IMG/VR virus record: IMGVR_UViG_2526164633_000045
Span: 1 to 40,069 of that record
Origin: a virus
Lineage: Duplodnaviria; Heunggongvirae; Uroviricota; Caudoviricetes
Direction: 5' to 3' (one strand)
DNA: 40,069 nt
The notes below the pieces were generated by a model. It saw only the letters and a list, made by a program, of their open reading frames with translations. It had not been told where the DNA came from and did no database searches. Positions 39,878 through 40,069 of the stretch are shown here, piece by piece. Made by a program: the position numbers and the translations under genes. The first letter of the stretch is position 1. Every line of letters starts with the position of its first letter.

Positions 39878-40069
39878 ATGACCGATACCAGCCTGATTCC
39901 TGAGAAAGAAGTGATGAACAAGCTCGGTGTTTCATCACGTCAGACAATCTGGAACTATACCAAACGACACGGATTTCCGAAGCCAGTCAGAACCCACCCC
40001 AAATCATACCTTCGTGAAGCTGTTGAAGGGTGGATTCTTAACGGTGGCGTTAATCAGAAATGCTCCTGA
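39878..40069 (+). CDS. Excisionase / AlpA-like DNA-binding protein, 3'-partial at window edge
   Basis: ATG with GGAG RBS; ...EKEVMNKLGVSSRQTIWNYTKRHGFPKPVRTHPKSYLREAVEGWI... fits the AlpA/Xis winged-helix pattern; no stop before the window ends. Confidence 0.6.
   Translation: MTDTSLIPEKEVMNKLGVSSRQTIWNYTKRHGFPKPVRTHPKSYLREAVEGWILNGGVNQKCS

Noticed and set aside
39878-40069. Integrase gene
   Set aside because: Expected beyond the excisionase-like gene but not within this window; not annotated.

Overview
The window is almost entirely one lambdoid prophage with P22-like (Lederbergvirus-type) morphogenesis genes and a lambda-like immunity, nin and lysis backbone, most likely in an Escherichia/Shigella host. 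It lies in reverse orientation: a frameshifted O-antigen-type acyltransferase and a convergent tailspike at the left; then on the minus strand ejection proteins, tail needle, gp10, gp4, coat, scaffold, portal, terminase, a moron block with Rha, the Rz/Rz1-R-S lysis cassette, two candidate tRNAs, Q, the nin region, DnaB-like helicase, O-like initiator, cII and cro; then on the plus strand cI, a membrane protein at the rex position, N, ral, cIII, erf, ssb and small early genes, an IS21-family insertion, and a partial excisionase at the right edge (integrase presumably beyond). No CRISPR array or rRNA was found. The candidates I consider most worth follow-up as possibly undescribed functions are three accessory genes occupying classical superinfection-exclusion loci: a 122-aa membrane protein after cI, an AT-rich 156-aa terminator-flanked gene at the sieB position, and a 25-aa hydrophobic peptide at the sieA position. 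Two free-standing HNH homing endonuclease genes and the tRNA pair are also notable. All protein identifications come from reading the supplied translations and remembered family features, not from database searches. CDS coordinates follow the ORF track, with starts refined by codon counting; many track ORFs begin at TTG/GTG or carry spurious N-terminal extensions. Coordinates of RNA and regulatory features were hand-read and may be off by 1-3 nt; I found at least one place where my reading of the printed sequence disagreed with the track by one base.
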